This document shows positions 42,512-57,584 of a stretch of 64,000 bases of DNA, piece after piece. The stretch spans positions 2,604,001 to 2,668,000 of the forward strand of contig CAVNZM010000006.1 of assembly GCA_963693365.1 (NCBI GenBank), written 5' to 3'. Source of the stretch: Amoebidium appalachense. Lineage: Eukaryota > Protista > Ichthyosporea. Within the stretch, counting starts at the first letter, position 1. Every line of letters starts with the position of its first letter. Under the pieces are notes generated by a model. It had not been told where the DNA came from. It ran no database searches and saw only the letters and a program-made list of their open reading frames with translations. Position numbers and translations under genes: made by a program.

Positions 42512-43928
42512 GTCTCTCTGTGGCTTTTTTTTTTTTTTTTTTTGCCCTTCTCTGTGGCACACTTATCGTATTAGCACATATTCACCGAGTCTCATTCTTT
42601 ACTCCAGCAGAAGAAGGCAGGGACGTCAGCCAGCCGCACAAGTGGGGGGCACACGGTGGCTGAGACGGGCAAGATGGCAGATGCAAGCAGGGTGGAGGCA
42701 CTGCACGTAAGCCTGATCAAGAACATAGTCATCAGGTGTGTGTGTGTGTGTGTGTGTTTGTGTGTGTGTTTGTGTGTTCGAGAGGGACAGGCACGCCGAG
42801 AGAGGAAGATAGAAGCACAGTGAATACATAAACATACTCATGGGCGTGAGTGCGTGCCATGTTGTGTGCTTGGTATGTTTTAGAAAGGTGCATTTACCGT
42901 GCCTTCTTTTCCACCGTCTTTTTTCTCTTTCCCTTCCCCCCTCCCTCCCCCTTGTTATTTTATCGATCTATGTGTATATTTGCTTTGATTGGGGAGGTTT
43001 TTTTCTTTGGGGGGGAGGGGGGGGGGGGGGGGGGGATGGTAATGTATTGGCTTTGGTGATCACACACACAGTTAATCAACACAACGAACTCAATGGTTTT
43101 CCTTTTGGTCGGAAAGTTGATTCATTGGTTGTGCCTATCTGCTCTTACACCCTTTTCTCTATCAATCAGAATGTCCTTGGGTGGTTTCTTATTTTGTTTG
43201 ATTTGTTTCGCTTAACCCCCCCCCTTTGCACACACATGTTCACCGTTTTGCTCACCTTGCTTGCATAAGCAACCCTGCTTGTCTTTGATCAAGACGGGTT
43301 GACCCACCCAAGTTCAGTTGATGCTGCTGTCTGAGTTGGAGCGTCGTATATACGCGGGCTAAGGGGTCGAAACTCAGACGCAATTGATGACTTGGGCCCT
43401 CCCTGAGGATGGGCTCTGCTTATGACGCATACTGTGCGCATGGCTGATGCTGCATACTTGAATGTTTGCCTTTGCATGTGTCCTGCACCATGCTTCTCAT
43501 CGTGTATGCGTACTTCGTACTGTGTTCCGCATTCAAACCCCCCCTGTCTTCTTTCAGAGGTGTCCTTTCATGACAGACCACTGTGTGGAGACATCTTTAC
43601 TTCCATGCAACCGGGCATGGTTGCTCTGTGTCGTGCATCTGTAAGCACATACGTGTTTGTCGCTGCACTGCATTAGTTTGCACACACATCTTCACCGTTT
43701 TGCTCACCTTGCTTGCATAAGCAACCCTGCTCGTCTTTGATCAAGACGGGTTGACCCACCCAAGTTCAGTTGATGCTGCTGTCTGAGTTGGAGCGTCGTA
43801 TATACGCGGGCTGAGGCGTCGAAACTCAGACGCATTTGATGACTTGGGCCCTCCCTGAGGATGGGCTCTGCTTATGACGCATACTGTGCGCATCGTGTAT
43901 GCGTACTTCGTACTGTGTTCCACATTCA

Positions 43929-43968
<40 letters not shown>

Positions 43969-45318
43969 CCTGTGCTTACATGTTTCACCCTTTTCCTGTC
44001 TGTGCTCACCTCAACCAATGTGTTTTCAGAGATCTACGGCCGCTGTCTGTGACACTTGATCCGGGCATACGTGCACATCTATTGTCATCGGCACGCTACC
44101 TTCCAATGGATCCACAGAAAGGGCCCACACTGCTGCAGGATTTGACTACGAGGGTTGAGGGCAGGGTGCAGGTAGGTAGGTAGGGGGGGGGGGGGGGGGG
44201 GGGGTATCGTCCCGTATCGTCCGTGTGTGTGAATGTTTTTTTTTTTGTTTTGTTTTGTTTTGTTTTTTTTGTTTTTTTTGTTTTTTTTTTTTGTGTGTGT
44301 GTGTGTGTGTGTGTGTTGGGGGGAGAAGGGAGGGGGGCAGGTCGAAAGCACTAGTGATATACTGGTATTGAAGATCTATAGTCAGTGCTGTGATGGGAAT
44401 GAATGGATGAGGCTAACCCTTGCACCTGAGGCTAATCGACATTCCATACACCCCCCAGACCATGCTGCAGAGTCTACACGGCCAGGGCCGCCAGGTGTCT
44501 CTCTGCTGGGAGTCCTGGGGTATCGGGGGCCTGACGGAGGGTATAGGGGGCTGGGTGGGTTGTTGGATCACGGACGGGTGGGAGCTCCAGACCCTGACGC
44601 TAGCCACCGCCGCCACCATTTGCAACCCCACACCCCCCCTGGACGGGATGCAAAGCTACCCAGTGTCTCGCCTGCAGTCAATGTGCGACTCCTTGGCCGT
44701 GAGGCCGGGGGAATTGTTCATGTCTGTGGTTGGTGACCCTGACGCAGCGATGGCTGCTGATATTGAAACGTGGGAAGGTGTTGTGCATGCGAGGAACGGG
44801 CCGATGGTACTGCATAGGATACCCCATCAGGCCCTGTGCACTGACCTGGCTGATGCGGAGTTGGTGGGGCTGATGGAGAGGGCTAGGCTGATAGCGGCAC
44901 ACTTCCAGAGAAATGCTCAGGCTATGGACCACTTGGCTAAACTGCAGGTAAGGGGTGGTGTGTGTGTGTGTGGTGTTTTTTTCTTGGGGGGGAGGGGGGA
45001 GGGGCAAAGTTCCGGTGTATGTGTGCACTAGGGATGGGCTGATGCAGGCAGACACTAGTCACTAATGGTGTCAGGTGCGCGGGGGGGGGGGGGGGGGGGG
45101 GGGGGCAGACACACGTGCATTGTGTACTTGGGCGGGCACATGCATACGCCACTTGCACATTGTTCGACCATGCTCCGTCATCTGCATGGGTGCGCACGTG
45201 GCATGCGTCTGTGAGCACGTGTGCCTGCACTCCGCTCGCACATTGACTCATCTCGCCTTCGGGCCGATTCCGCCTTTTTTGTTGATGCAAGCAACTGACA
45301 CTTGCCCCCCTTTGGACC

Positions 45319-45351
<33 letters not shown>

Positions 45352-45387
45352 ATTCCCCAAAACACACACATCTCTTGACCCTCTACC

Positions 45388-45422
<35 letters not shown>

Positions 45423-45618
45423 ACAGGAGGTGCACAAGCTACCGCGGCGTGGGCCTCTTGGCTACTGCGAGGATGGGCCGTGGCACCACAGCTACGAGGT
45501 GCTGAGTGCTCTGTGTGACAGCTACCCGGCAATAGACGACTACAGCAGCCAGCACCCGGACGCTTTCACCCCCCTCACCGCACAGCAGTGGACGGAGGTG
45601 GGTGTGGGTGTTGTTGTT

Positions 45619-45649
<31 letters not shown>

Positions 45650-45761
45650 GGGGTAATGATGCAATGTCTGCTTTGCACCGAGCACAAGGGTAGATACACA
45701 CCCGTCACAGCCCACAGTGGGTGAGGAGGTTGTACATTGCCCCTCCCCCCCCCCCCCCCTC

Positions 45762-45804
<43 letters not shown>

Positions 45805-46831
45805 TGGTTGTGTGTGTGTGTGGTGGTATTGGTGGTGGTGTGTGTGTATTGGGGGGGGGGGGGGGGGGGGGGGGGATTGCTAACAGAGTTTGCCTGCAAG
45901 TTCTGCTTTCCTAATCTCCGCCCAGTGCACGTACGATCGTTAAAGAACATATTTTCCCACGTCCATTTTTGCATGTTACCTACCATATTTGGCAGTGTAT
46001 TAACACGTTCACCCCACATGCCATATATTGCAGCTTGCCCAGGTGCTTGGTGTGTTGGCACCGTGGAAGCAGGCAGGAGACACGTCCCTGCGCAGTGGGC
46101 GTGCAGTGATGGTGTCTGTGTACTACGCACTGTTCACACTGGTCGTGGCACGCACGGCTGCAGACACACCCATTGAGTGGAAACTACCGGGCAAGGACGA
46201 CACACAGCAGGTCCGTGTGCGTGTGTGTGTTTGGGGGGGGAGGGGGCGGCGGGGGAGAGGGGGGGGGGGGGTAACTTGCTTGGGCGCTCGATGGTTTTGT
46301 CTGTAATGGTGGTGTTGTGGTGTCTGTGTGTCGAGGGGGGGGGGGGGGGAGCAGGTGAAGGGAACTATTATGGTTGTGTTCAGGTGGCTCTCTCCATCGA
46401 GACACATGCACAAAAGCTCGCAAGAGAAAACAGACACATACTCCCGCAAGCACACACACACGAAATTTTTGTGCACTTTTCTTGTGGATGTGTGCACGGC
46501 GTACTAACACTCCCACCCCACCCCCTGTCCCCCCCCCCCCCCCCTCCCCCCTCCTCCTCCTCGTCCCCACCCACCCACCCACTACCCCCACCCTCTCCCC
46601 GGTCTTTCTCCGGGCTTTGCCAAACACACACACACGTACAGACCGGCGAGGATGGGCTCAGCAAGGTAGCACTTACACTGCGACAGTACCTGCGCAGTGA
46701 ATTGCAGCTAGTCAATGAGAGTCTGACGCAGGATCAGTGGCAGCTGATGGTCGTGGCTAGTGCCCTCGATCCCAGATTCAAGCGCCTCAACTTCATACAT
46801 GCTGAGGACAGGTGGGATACTACCTACCCCC

Positions 46832-46893
<62 letters not shown>

Positions 46894-47384
46894 CACCACC
46901 ACCACCACCACCACCACACCCTCACACACACACACGAACTTGTCCACACAGTCCTACCCCTGCACCGAAGTATGCCATATCCTCACACACTAACCTCATC
47001 CCCCCCCCCAACCACAACCCACCTACCACAACCCACCTACCACCCGGCCCATCCCCAAGTTATATTGCATACACTGTGTGCCACCCAAGAATCAAACCTG
47101 CATTGATGTCTTTGCACATGAGGACTCTACACACTGTAACACACTCTAACACCCCCCCCCCCCCCCCCCTGCCCCCCGGAACACACACACGCACACACAC
47201 ACACACATGCACAGGGAACAAGCCTGGCAGCTGGTGCTAGCAGCAGCCGACCACCAGGCCCGTGTGCATCCACTCAAGATGGAGGGGGCAGAGGGTACTG
47301 GTGAGCCCGATGCAAAGAGGCAGAAGACTTTGCTCGAACAGGCGGTGGAGGCACACGAGGACAGTGCTGATGACTGTGCGTGCT

Positions 47385-47418
<34 letters not shown>

Positions 47419-48068
47419 CACACACACACACACACACACATACACATACACATACACATACCACACACGTGATACACACATGCAGTATATGCATGCAACA
47501 CTCATCCACCCCCCCCCCCCCCCCCCCCCCCCCCGGGGGCGCCACCGCCACCACTAAGCACGCACACGCACACGCACGCACATGCACGCCTATATCCAGT
47601 ACATACATACAAACACTCAATGCCCCCCGCCTAACGCCGCGGTATCCTTCCTTTTCTTCTGGCTGCTTATGTTGTATGCCATTTTATCTGCTGTGTACAC
47701 TTTTTGGGCACCAATGCATGCTGATGCTTTTGGTTGGTTGTTATTTGTTTTTTGTTTGGACAGCCGATGGCTGTGTGCCTTTCCTTCCTTGACGAACCCT
47801 TCCCCCCCCCCCCCCCCCCCCCCCCCCTTCCCTCCTTCCCCCCACTCGAGTGATGTGTGAGTTTGCGGAAGGATAACAGGTGTGGGTTGGGTGGGGGGGG
47901 GGGGGTTCTAAGTTTAGCAGAACCTACTGGCTGTTTTTCTTGTATATTCTTGGTTTTTTTCTGATTTTAATTGTAATGGTTTATCTCCTCTTGCCTTCCT
48001 CTCTAATTTTGATATGTATGTTTGTGCCTGGAGAGGGAGATTGTGTGGATGGGTGGATGGGTAGGTTT

Positions 48069-48099
<31 letters not shown>

Positions 48100-48434
48100 G
48101 GAGACGCTTGAGCAGATGTATTGATAATATACTGACGCATGTGTGTTTGGCCCCAGTAGCCCGTGGTGCCGAGAAGGAGGTTGAACACTACAAGGGCATC
48201 AAACACATCAGCGTGACTGAGGACCCCCTTGCATGGTGGCAGCAGAAAGCATCTATCTTCCCAATACTTTCGGGTCTGGCCCAGAGATACCTGGCCGTAC
48301 CCGCGGGTCAGGGTTTTGCGGACCGGCTCGTGGCCCGCGGGCCGGAGTTGCTTGGGCGCAATTGGGGGTTTACGAGTGTGGAGGAGGCGGAAAAGATTTT
48401 GCTGTGCCATGCAAATTACCACCTGCTGGAATAG
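39879..48434 (+). CDS. BED zinc finger plus hAT-transposase-derived (ZBED-like) domesticated gene, about 765 aa, 11 exons (39879-39998, 40790-40874, 41217-41593, 42608-42735, 44030-44171, 44459-44947, 45427-45597, 46034-46210, 46642-46811, 47215-47375, 48157-48434)
   Basis: Phase-consistent GT-AG exons total 2298 nt; the exon 2 and 4 acceptors have in-frame alternatives. BED finger SHVWEHY...CAHC...GTSSLQRHLERKH. hAT motifs IRDLRPLSV, ASALDPRFK, and the dimerisation domain DPLAWW...FPILSGLAQRYLAVPA. Confidence 0.87.
43225..43930 (+). repeat. Second array of the 452-bp unit (about 1.7 copies; last copy has a 59-bp internal deletion), in ZBED-like intron 4
   Basis: Same sequence as 31669-33419 with scattered substitutions. 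Starts after C9 at tttgcacacac and ends at cacattcaaa plus poly-C. The deletion lies between two cat microhomologies near 43893. Confidence 0.95.
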
Positions 48435-48448
48435 GGGAGGTTTTGGTG

Positions 48449-48488
<40 letters not shown>

Positions 48489-49255
48489 CTCAATGGCTCG
48501 CAGGAAATGTTTTGTGAATTGTGAAGATAATTTCACTGCCTGTGTTGATGTTGTTTTCGGTGGTGCTTACTGCTAGTATTAGTGGCCTATGTGATTGTTG
48601 TTTGTTTGCTATTGTTCTTATTGGCTCAGTTGATCGAACCCCCGCCTTTTTTACGATTTATTCAAGGGCAAGGTGGTGACCTAAACATGGCATTGAAATT
48701 TGGTTTGGGCATGTTCCCTTTCTTTCTTTCTCTTTTTCTTTTTCTTTTTGCTCGCTCTTGTCTTTCGTGGGAGGATATTCAATGTTGACCATTATTGTTT
48801 AGAGCTTACGGGGTTGGGTGGGGTATTACTTGTACGCGAGGTATTCGAGTGCCATGCTTGGATGCAAGTGTTAGGACAGTTGGTAAACATAGCAGATCCG
48901 GCTAGCATACCAGATCACCTGTCCACGTTTCAAATAGATGGTGTTGTGCTAATATTAGTGTCTGGCAAACGCACTTTGGTAGTACTATATACGTGATAGA
49001 CGGAGGGTTTGACATAGCTATAGAATCTGATGGAGTGTTGGGTTTTTACATCGTTGTTCCACTAGGCTCCGTTGGTGTGTTAAGACTCTTATGGAGCAAG
49101 TACATAAGGCAAAATGGTTACTTAGCAACCCGTCCGAAGATTCAGTATGAGGCCTGGGCCTAAACATGGCAAATGTATTAGTCCTTGAGTGGACATGTGT
49201 TACTGACTTGATGGTCTCCGTTTTCAAAATACCCCCTTCCAGCCCCCCCCCCCCC

Positions 49256-49552
49256 CCGTTTTTGCTCACGTTGCTTGCATAAGCATCCCTGCTACTCTTT
49301 GATCAAGACGGGTTGACCATCCCAGGTTCAGTTGATGCTGCTGTTTGAGTTGGAGAGCCGTATATACTAATACACGGGGCTAAAGGGTCGAAACTCAGAC
49401 GCATTTGATGACTTGGGCCCTCCCTGGGAATGGGCTCAGCTTATGACGCATACTGTTCACATTGCTGATGTTGCATACTTGAATGTTAGCCTTTGCAAAT
49501 GTCCTGCACCATGCTTCTCATCGTGTATGCGTACTTCGTACCGTGTTCCGCA

Positions 49553-49553
<1 letters not shown>
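49256..49553 (+). mobile_element. Partial (about 300 bp), more diverged copy of the 452-bp element
   Basis: ccgtttttgctcac...tttgatcaagacgggttgacc...gggtcgaaactcagacgca...gtacttcgtaccgtgttccgcat, with poly-C on both sides. Confidence 0.92.
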
Positions 49554-49595
<42 letters not shown>

Positions 49596-49607
49596 CCCTT
49601 CCGATAA

Positions 49608-49694
49608 CTGAGCACACTTGAATAGGTTGCACTTGCATGTGCCCTGCACCCCCGTGCTTCTCATCATGAGGTTGTACTTCATATCGTGTTCCGC
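49608..49694 (+). mobile_element. Decayed 3' fragment of the 452-bp element
   Basis: gcacacttgaataggttgcacttgcatgtgccctgcac...tgcttctcatcatg...gtacttcatatcgtgttccgc is colinear with the unit's 3' end and lies between two C-runs. Confidence 0.75.
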
Positions 49695-50458
49695 CGAGAA
49701 AGAAATTCCCCCCCCCACCTTCGCCTTCACCTCCCCCCCCACCTTAATTCGGGCCCCTCACGCATCAATGGGCAACTTACGAATGCATGCTCGTGTGCTT
49801 TGCAACTAAGTTGCCAAATCTGCATGGTACCGTGTCTGCCATAATTCAGAATTGAAATGCGTGCTCGTACTTTGTAACACACCGTCTATCCCCCCCTCCC
49901 CCCTCCCCCCACCCCCCACCCCCGCCCTCGCCCTTCCCCGAATTTCCAAGCTAAAATCTGCCGGACCTTCAGAGAATTTGCAGCACACATCTTCACGTGC
50001 ACGTGTTTTTTCGGTGTAACCATTTGCACGATGGCACATCAATTGTCGTGTGCGAGGGAGTAGGTAACGCATGAGCACGAGACTAGCTCAACACATCCTA
50101 TTGGCTAGGTATCATGCCAGGTTCGTTTACTTATGACAATTAAGGTCACTGGTATAATATTCATTAGCATCCGATATACGGTATACATGTGTAGGCTAGT
50201 GGTGTGTTGTCATTTACAGGACCTGTAAATCTGCCCGAATAATGTAGTCACAACGCACATTTTTAGTGTGGAATTGCGGATCCAATCAAATGGCTCCATT
50301 GTTTTAAAGTGGAATGGCGGATCCAATCGGCTTATTAAATTTGATTTTATCCGATTCCCGGCCCGGTCCAGACGGTGTTACTATTTGGGCCTATGAAAAC
50401 TGTAGCTTTATATAATGGTTCAACAGCTGGGCCCCACCACACCAGCAGGATCACATGA

Positions 50459-50900
50459 GGCCCCAACCACATTGGCTGAGTCAGCTTGCAGAAAGCCGAA
50501 TTATTCTGCAAAAAGCAGAGTAATCTGCAAGAAGCAGATTTTTCTACAAAAAGCGGAATTGTTCTGCCAAAGTAGAAAAAGTAGAATTGTTCTGCAAAAG
50601 CAGGATTGTTCTGTTTTGACTAGAATCACTCTGCTCTAAGCAGAATTATTCCGCATAAGCAGAATTATTCTACATTCGACAGCAATTATTCTGGTGTTTG
50701 CAGAATTATTCTTCTGTTTGCAGAGTACTTCTGCTTCAGAAGTGGAATTATTCTGCTTTTACATGATGCTGAATAATTCTGGTAAAAGAAGATTAATTCT
50801 ACTAAAAGCAGATTAATTCTGCTTCAGGTTTCAGAAGAATCTTCTTTTTGCAGAACAATTCTGCTCGGAGGAAGTTGACTCAGCCGAAGTGGTTGGGCCC
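50459..50900. mobile_element. Foldback/MITE-like element, copy 2 (same family as 22014-22755)
   Basis: TIRs ggccccaaccacattggctgagtc and gactcagccgaagtggttgggccc. Interior of gcagaattattctg sub-repeats. Decayed related sequence continues to about 51390. Confidence 0.8.
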
Positions 50901-51669
50901 TTGATTTATAGTCCTCAGCGTAGAATAATCTTGCCTTTTGCAGGTCTAGAAAAATTCTTTCGTGCAACAATTTTGCTTTTTCAGTACTGCGTTTGGATCC
51001 GTTCCCTTCCAATCCATTCAGCTGCTTGCAAGTTTGATTTTCTTCACCCGTAACCTCCCCACGAAGGATACTGTAGTGGTTTCAAGATCGATGATCATCT
51101 TCGAACACATGATGCGCAGAATGATAAAACAATGATTCTGCTTAATGCAAAATCGTCCTGCCCAAAGCAGCTGAAATTCTATTATTTTGCTGGTTATGCT
51201 GTGTGTTGCTGAGTAAATAGATCTGCAACATGTAGTGATCCTGCTTTTGCTGGAGAACTTGGCCAAAAGCAGATATCATTTTTTTGAAGCGCTGCTAATA
51301 TTTCTGTTTTTTGCTTCGTCCTTCAGCATCCTGCTAAAGGCTTCTGCCATTTGCACATTTCGAACAACTCAGAATGATTCTGCTCAGCCTGCGCCACTCA
51401 GACATCTATGCACGTTTGTTCTGCTGCTTAGTTACACATCACACATCATCAAACACTAAGGATGTGTGTTTTTGGGAGAAGATTGGCGGGGGAGGCCCCG
51501 GGAGGAGGAGGGGGGGGGGGGGGGGGGGGGGGGGGTCAGAAATGGCAGGGGGAAGACGATGGAAGGGGAGGTTTGTGCGTGTCTAGATTTGTGTGTGTGT
51601 GTGTTTTTGTTTTTTCTTTTTCTTTTTCTTTCTTTTTTTTTTTGTTGTTGTTGTTGTTGAGGGGGGGAG

Positions 51670-51780
51670 GGTTTGAATGCGTCATAAAGTATGAAGAACC
51701 CATGAACAACGGATAACACGATGCAGAGTGCAAACCATACAAATAGAGTAAGCATAATAGCATGCAGCCCATCCTCCGGG
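51670..51780 (-). mobile_element. Decayed inverted 3' fragment of the 452-bp element
   Basis: Minus strand reads polyC-ggaggatgggct...ctgcatcgtgtt...ttcttcatact...cgcattcaaac-C-run, matching the unit's gaggatgggct...cgcattcaaac end. Confidence 0.65.
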
Positions 51781-51995
51781 GGCGGGGGGGGGGGGGGGGG
51801 GGGGGGATATTTGGCCTGGGATTGGATGGCTAACAGGGTGTAGATAGTGGTTGAAGGGGAGGGGTTGGATATGATCACACAGGGTTACATTGGAGGAGTT
51901 TCAGCAGGAGGGAAGGGGAGGAGTTGAATGTGGGGGGAGTGGTGGGGTCGTGTGTGTGTACGCGGGTACGGGGGCGGAGGGGGGGGGGGGGGGGA

Positions 51996-52037
<42 letters not shown>

Positions 52038-52599
52038 GGGGGGGGAGAATATGCATAATCCATTGGTGACATTTTGTATTGTGTGACCATATCATGGGGG
52101 TTGCCTAAATCATGCACCAACTTTGCACTATTGGTGTGTTGGTGCCCAGTTTAGAATAGCTTCGAGTGAATGTACATGTACCATAAGCAAACAGAAACGA
52201 ATAAAGGGATGCATAATAGGCAACCCCTGAGATATGGCAACACATTTGACAGCTTGTCATCGATCAGAACTTCGGCGCGGCATATATCCCTCCCCCTCCC
52301 CCCCCCGCCTCCCCCCCCTCCCCCCGCCTTCCCCCCCCTCCTTCCCCCCCTCCCCCCCTCCCCCCACCCCCCTACCCCCACCCCCAGGGCTCCACACACA
52401 CACATGCACATAGGCGTGCACATGCGCGCACAAGAACTGTTCGCACGTACGCACATGCACACACAGTCACACATACACATGCATGCACAGACACACACAT
52501 GCACAAACAAAATACCCGACGCACACCACAGGGCACGGGTGTGCGTGTTGGTGTCCCACACTGCTTACACACATGTACACAAACACACACATACACACC

Positions 52600-53440
<841 letters not shown>

Positions 53441-53462
53441 ATATTAGTGCACAGTCACTTAC

Positions 53463-53517
<55 letters not shown>

Positions 53518-53580
53518 AAAAAGAAAAAATCATTGAATCATTGAATATAAAAAAAGAAAAGAAAAGAAAAGCAAACACTA

Positions 53581-53613
<33 letters not shown>

Positions 53614-54358
53614 ACGCACACGCACGCACTGACACACACACTCGGCTACCACCCAACCCACGGCCACACATGTACAATGTCGGAACCACCAATGCAGCAC
53701 ACGAGTCAACCGTGCAAGAGAGAGAAAGAAATACTTGCAAAATATTCACAGTTCTCCTTTGCCCGATGGCATGCATTATATGCAACATCGTCTTTTTGCT
53801 TGAATGCGTGGAGGCGACTTGCACGTCACCTAAACATAGCATACACGCGCACAGCGTACACTCAACTCTCTACGTTGTGTGCTTGAGGCTGCAACGTTGC
53901 ACTGCCGCTGCCACGCACATTGTCACTAGCACAGTAGAGAAGTATATGTGTACCCATAAGTGACACGGTGCACAGTTTGTCTATACATGGGCTATGTTCA
54001 CAGAGAGTTGTGTTTGTGCAAAAAACGAAGAGGTCAACTGTACATCGGTGCTTGGGTGTGCGTGCGTACGAGTTATGGTGCCCTCTGGCGTGTGTCTGCG
54101 AAATTTTAGACGTGCGTCCGGTGGGGTCCGGTGGATGAACCCACAGGACATGAGGGGTTTTGTGCAGGTTACAAACTAAGTTAACGGTGCACGGGATTAT
54201 GGATAGGAAAACCTTTCAAAATAAAGAAGAAAAAAAAAAACCAAGTTGTGACAAGAGATCGAGGGAAGCTGAAACGTTGAAAAGAAAGACCACCACCAAA
54301 CGTTGTACGCAAGTACACCACATGATCATGCACACACCAGCTGTGTGTGTGTGCCACG

Positions 54359-54389
<31 letters not shown>

Positions 54390-54434
54390 TGTGTGTGTAT
54401 GTGTGTGTGGGTGGCATGCGTGTGTACATGTGTG

Positions 54435-54474
<40 letters not shown>

Positions 54475-55306
54475 ACGTATGTGTGTGTGTGTATGTGTGT
54501 GTGCGCGCGCGTGTGTGTGTGCGCGCGCGCGTGTGTATGTGTGTGTGTGTGTGTGTTGTACACGTGTACACTGTGGCACCTCGAGCTCGCATGCATCATA
54601 CAACTCTCAATAACTTAGTGTGCTTTGCATGTGCACACACATTTCTGCAGATGTATGTGGGCCGCAAGTGCGCGTACATGTGTGTGTGTGTATGTGTGTA
54701 TGGTGTTGATGTGTGTCATGTGTGCACGTGTGTGTGTGTGTGTAGGAGGGAGGCGGAGAGGGGGGAGGGCATGTGCGCACACCACGGCATGGGTTTGTTT
54801 GTGTGTGCATGTGTGTGAAGGTCGTGTGCATGTGCGTGTGTGTGGCAGAGGTGAGGATGGGATGAATGGGTGGGTAGGGGGAGAGGGAGGAGGGGGGGGG
54901 GGGGGAGGGAGGGAGGGGGGGGGGGGAAGGAAGGAACAAGAACTAACGGAGAAGTATTGTTTTACAGGACGTTTATTTGCACGTCTTTTTCAGAACTCAA
55001 TAGTTACACACACGGTCATGAGTCATCAATTACAATAGTATTCAATAAGTAAAATTGTACACTACGTGTCGAAGTGAAGTGGAATTAAAAAGAATCACTG
55101 CGCAAATTTATCGCGAGTTGAATATAGTCATTCGAATTCAAAGTTGGCTTTAAAGTTGAAAGCAAATGTATACAATCGGCACCATTTCAGTCTGTGACTG
55201 CAGCGGTGCCATCTTAGAAATTTTTTACAAAATAAGAAACACTGCAAGGTTGCAAATGAATTTTTGGCATATTTTGCATCATGTGAATGTGGTTGCTTGG
55301 CTACTA

Positions 55307-56948
55307 CTAGTTGCAACATAACAGGTGCATATTACGGGCTAGCCAAGTGTTGGCGGCGGGCGTACTCTCGGTTTTCGGGGCGGGTGTGGAGGCTGTGTAT
55401 GCGCGCCACTCGTCGGTCTCGACCTGGTGGGGCAGGTACTGCACGCGCAGCAGGCGCTTGAAGAGGCGGATGTTGAAGACCTGGCCTTTGACGGCGGGGA
55501 ACAGGCGGTCACGTGCGTCGGTGTGGATGAAGGGGGTGACGAGGAGGCCCAGCACGATGAAGGCGCAGATCCAGTAGTAGTTGAGGTTGTACACCTGCAG
55601 CGACGTGGCCCCGTACTTGGCGCGCTCGGCCTTGTAGATGAACGAGTACACCAGGCCCCCCCCATGGTGGCTCAGCCCGAGATGATTACGCCGTGCAGCG
55701 AGCTGTTGTTCTTGTTGCCAAACATGTCGCACAGGAAAGCCGGGATCAGGCCAAAGCCGCCGCCGTGCAGGGCCTGGATGATCCAGATGGACACGCAGAA
55801 GGGCCAGAAGGTCTGCTTCATGATCATGGTGGGCGCGAACAGCGTCAGGAAGAACTGCACCACCAGCAAGATCATGAACAGCGGCTTGCGCCCCAGAATG
55901 TCCGACAGCGACGCAATCAGCAGCCGGCCCGACAGGTTGAAGGCCGAGTTGATGGACACCACCGTGGACGCCATGTCGCTGTCCTTGCCAAACTGCTTCT
56001 GGCAGATGTCGGCCAGCTTGGACAGCGTCAGCACCCCGCACGTGGCGTTGCACACCAGCATGACGTACATGAGCCAGAAGTCCGCCGTCTTGAGCGACTC
56101 GATGAGCGTCATATGGAGATCACGGGCTCCTGAGCACCAGCGGCTCCACCGGGCTGCTGCCGTCCACATCCACACAGTAGCCGCTGGGCCCGGTGTGGCC
56201 CCCCCGGCCACGGCCTTTGCGCTCTTGTCGACACTGTCCTTGTCCTCCGTGGTCACCCCCGCAGTGCCGTGCATCTTCTGCTCCGTCTCGGTCATGTACT
56301 GGCTCTCAGGGGGCGTGCGCAGGGGAAAGGCGCACACAAACATGAGCACGCCGTAGATGGAGCCGACAACCATCATGGTGATGGGCACGTTATTGCTCTT
56401 GATCAGCGCGTTGATGAGCTTGGACGAGATCATGGTGCCGCCATGCCGGACACCACGCCGCGGATCTCGGGGAACCACTTCTTGGAGGGGGACACGGGGG
56501 CAATGTACATGATGCCCATGGGGATGGCCGTGATGATGCCGTGGCCCACGTACAGGGCGCTGATGGACTTGCGCCACACGGCCAGCGCCGACAGCATCAT
56601 GCCCACCCAGTACCACACGCTGCAGATCATCACGGTCTTCTTGGGCCCCCAGCGCTCGATCTGCGGGCCCATGACGGCCATGGCGTAGCTGTAGAAGCCC
56701 ACGAAGATGTTGAACATGATGGCCGCAGACCCCTTGGCCGCGCCCGTGTACTTCTCCACGGGCACGTTGTAGACGGACCACGAGTAGAACGAGCCCACGC
56801 CCAGCTGCAGAATCACGGCCGGCGGCATCATCCAGTAGCGGTTCCATGGCATCCACAGGAACACCTTCTCCGCCTCGAGCTGCCCCGCGCTGCGCCGCTG
56901 CCGCAGGTCCGAGAAGTGCCACTTCAGGAACCGTTTGATGGCCGACAG
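55307..56948 (-). pseudogene. Pseudogene of the MFS (oxalate:formate antiporter-like) transporter at 63028; 3' end approximate
   Basis: Near-identical to the + strand gene, but ATG is replaced by CTG (56946-56948). It has a 19-bp deletion (~56440), -4 (~56191), -1 (~56130) and +2 (~56111) indels, an in-frame TGA at 55672-55674, and a further frameshift just after it. Confidence 0.9.
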
Positions 56949-57429
56949 TGTAGCTCTTATAAGGGCACGGGGGTAAGGGTAAGAGGGGCACCGGTCTAAG
57001 AGAAACAAGAGAGGGCAAGCTGGTGGTGTAAACAGTGTGTTTCGTTCCGAAGTTATTATTGGAGAATTGACTTTTTGACCTTTGCCGGGAGGCACCGACG
57101 TCAGACGACGCTCAGTTGCGGTGAGGGTTTTGTATGCACTGCTCCGCTGAAGCTAGAGGCCTGGCGGATGCGTGAGATTGAATGACTTGGGAGCACCCTT
57201 TACTTTTCACTGCAGGTCGCAGGGAAGTCACGGTTGGGGGTTTACGCTGTTTACTCGAGGCAAAGAGAACCAGTCTCAGGTATGGGGGGGGGTTTTGCTC
57301 GGAATATCCCCTCAGCGGTATATCATGATCACGTACATAGATGTCGGGTGGTGACTATATATCAGGGTTTACTTTCTCTACGAGACACCATAAAGACTAC
57401 AAGGAGAAATCAATTAGTTGGGGTTCCCC

Positions 57430-57487
<58 letters not shown>

Positions 57488-57519
57488 GGGCTCCCCTTGG
57501 GACACTCGGTATCAGCTGG

Positions 57520-57584
<65 letters not shown>

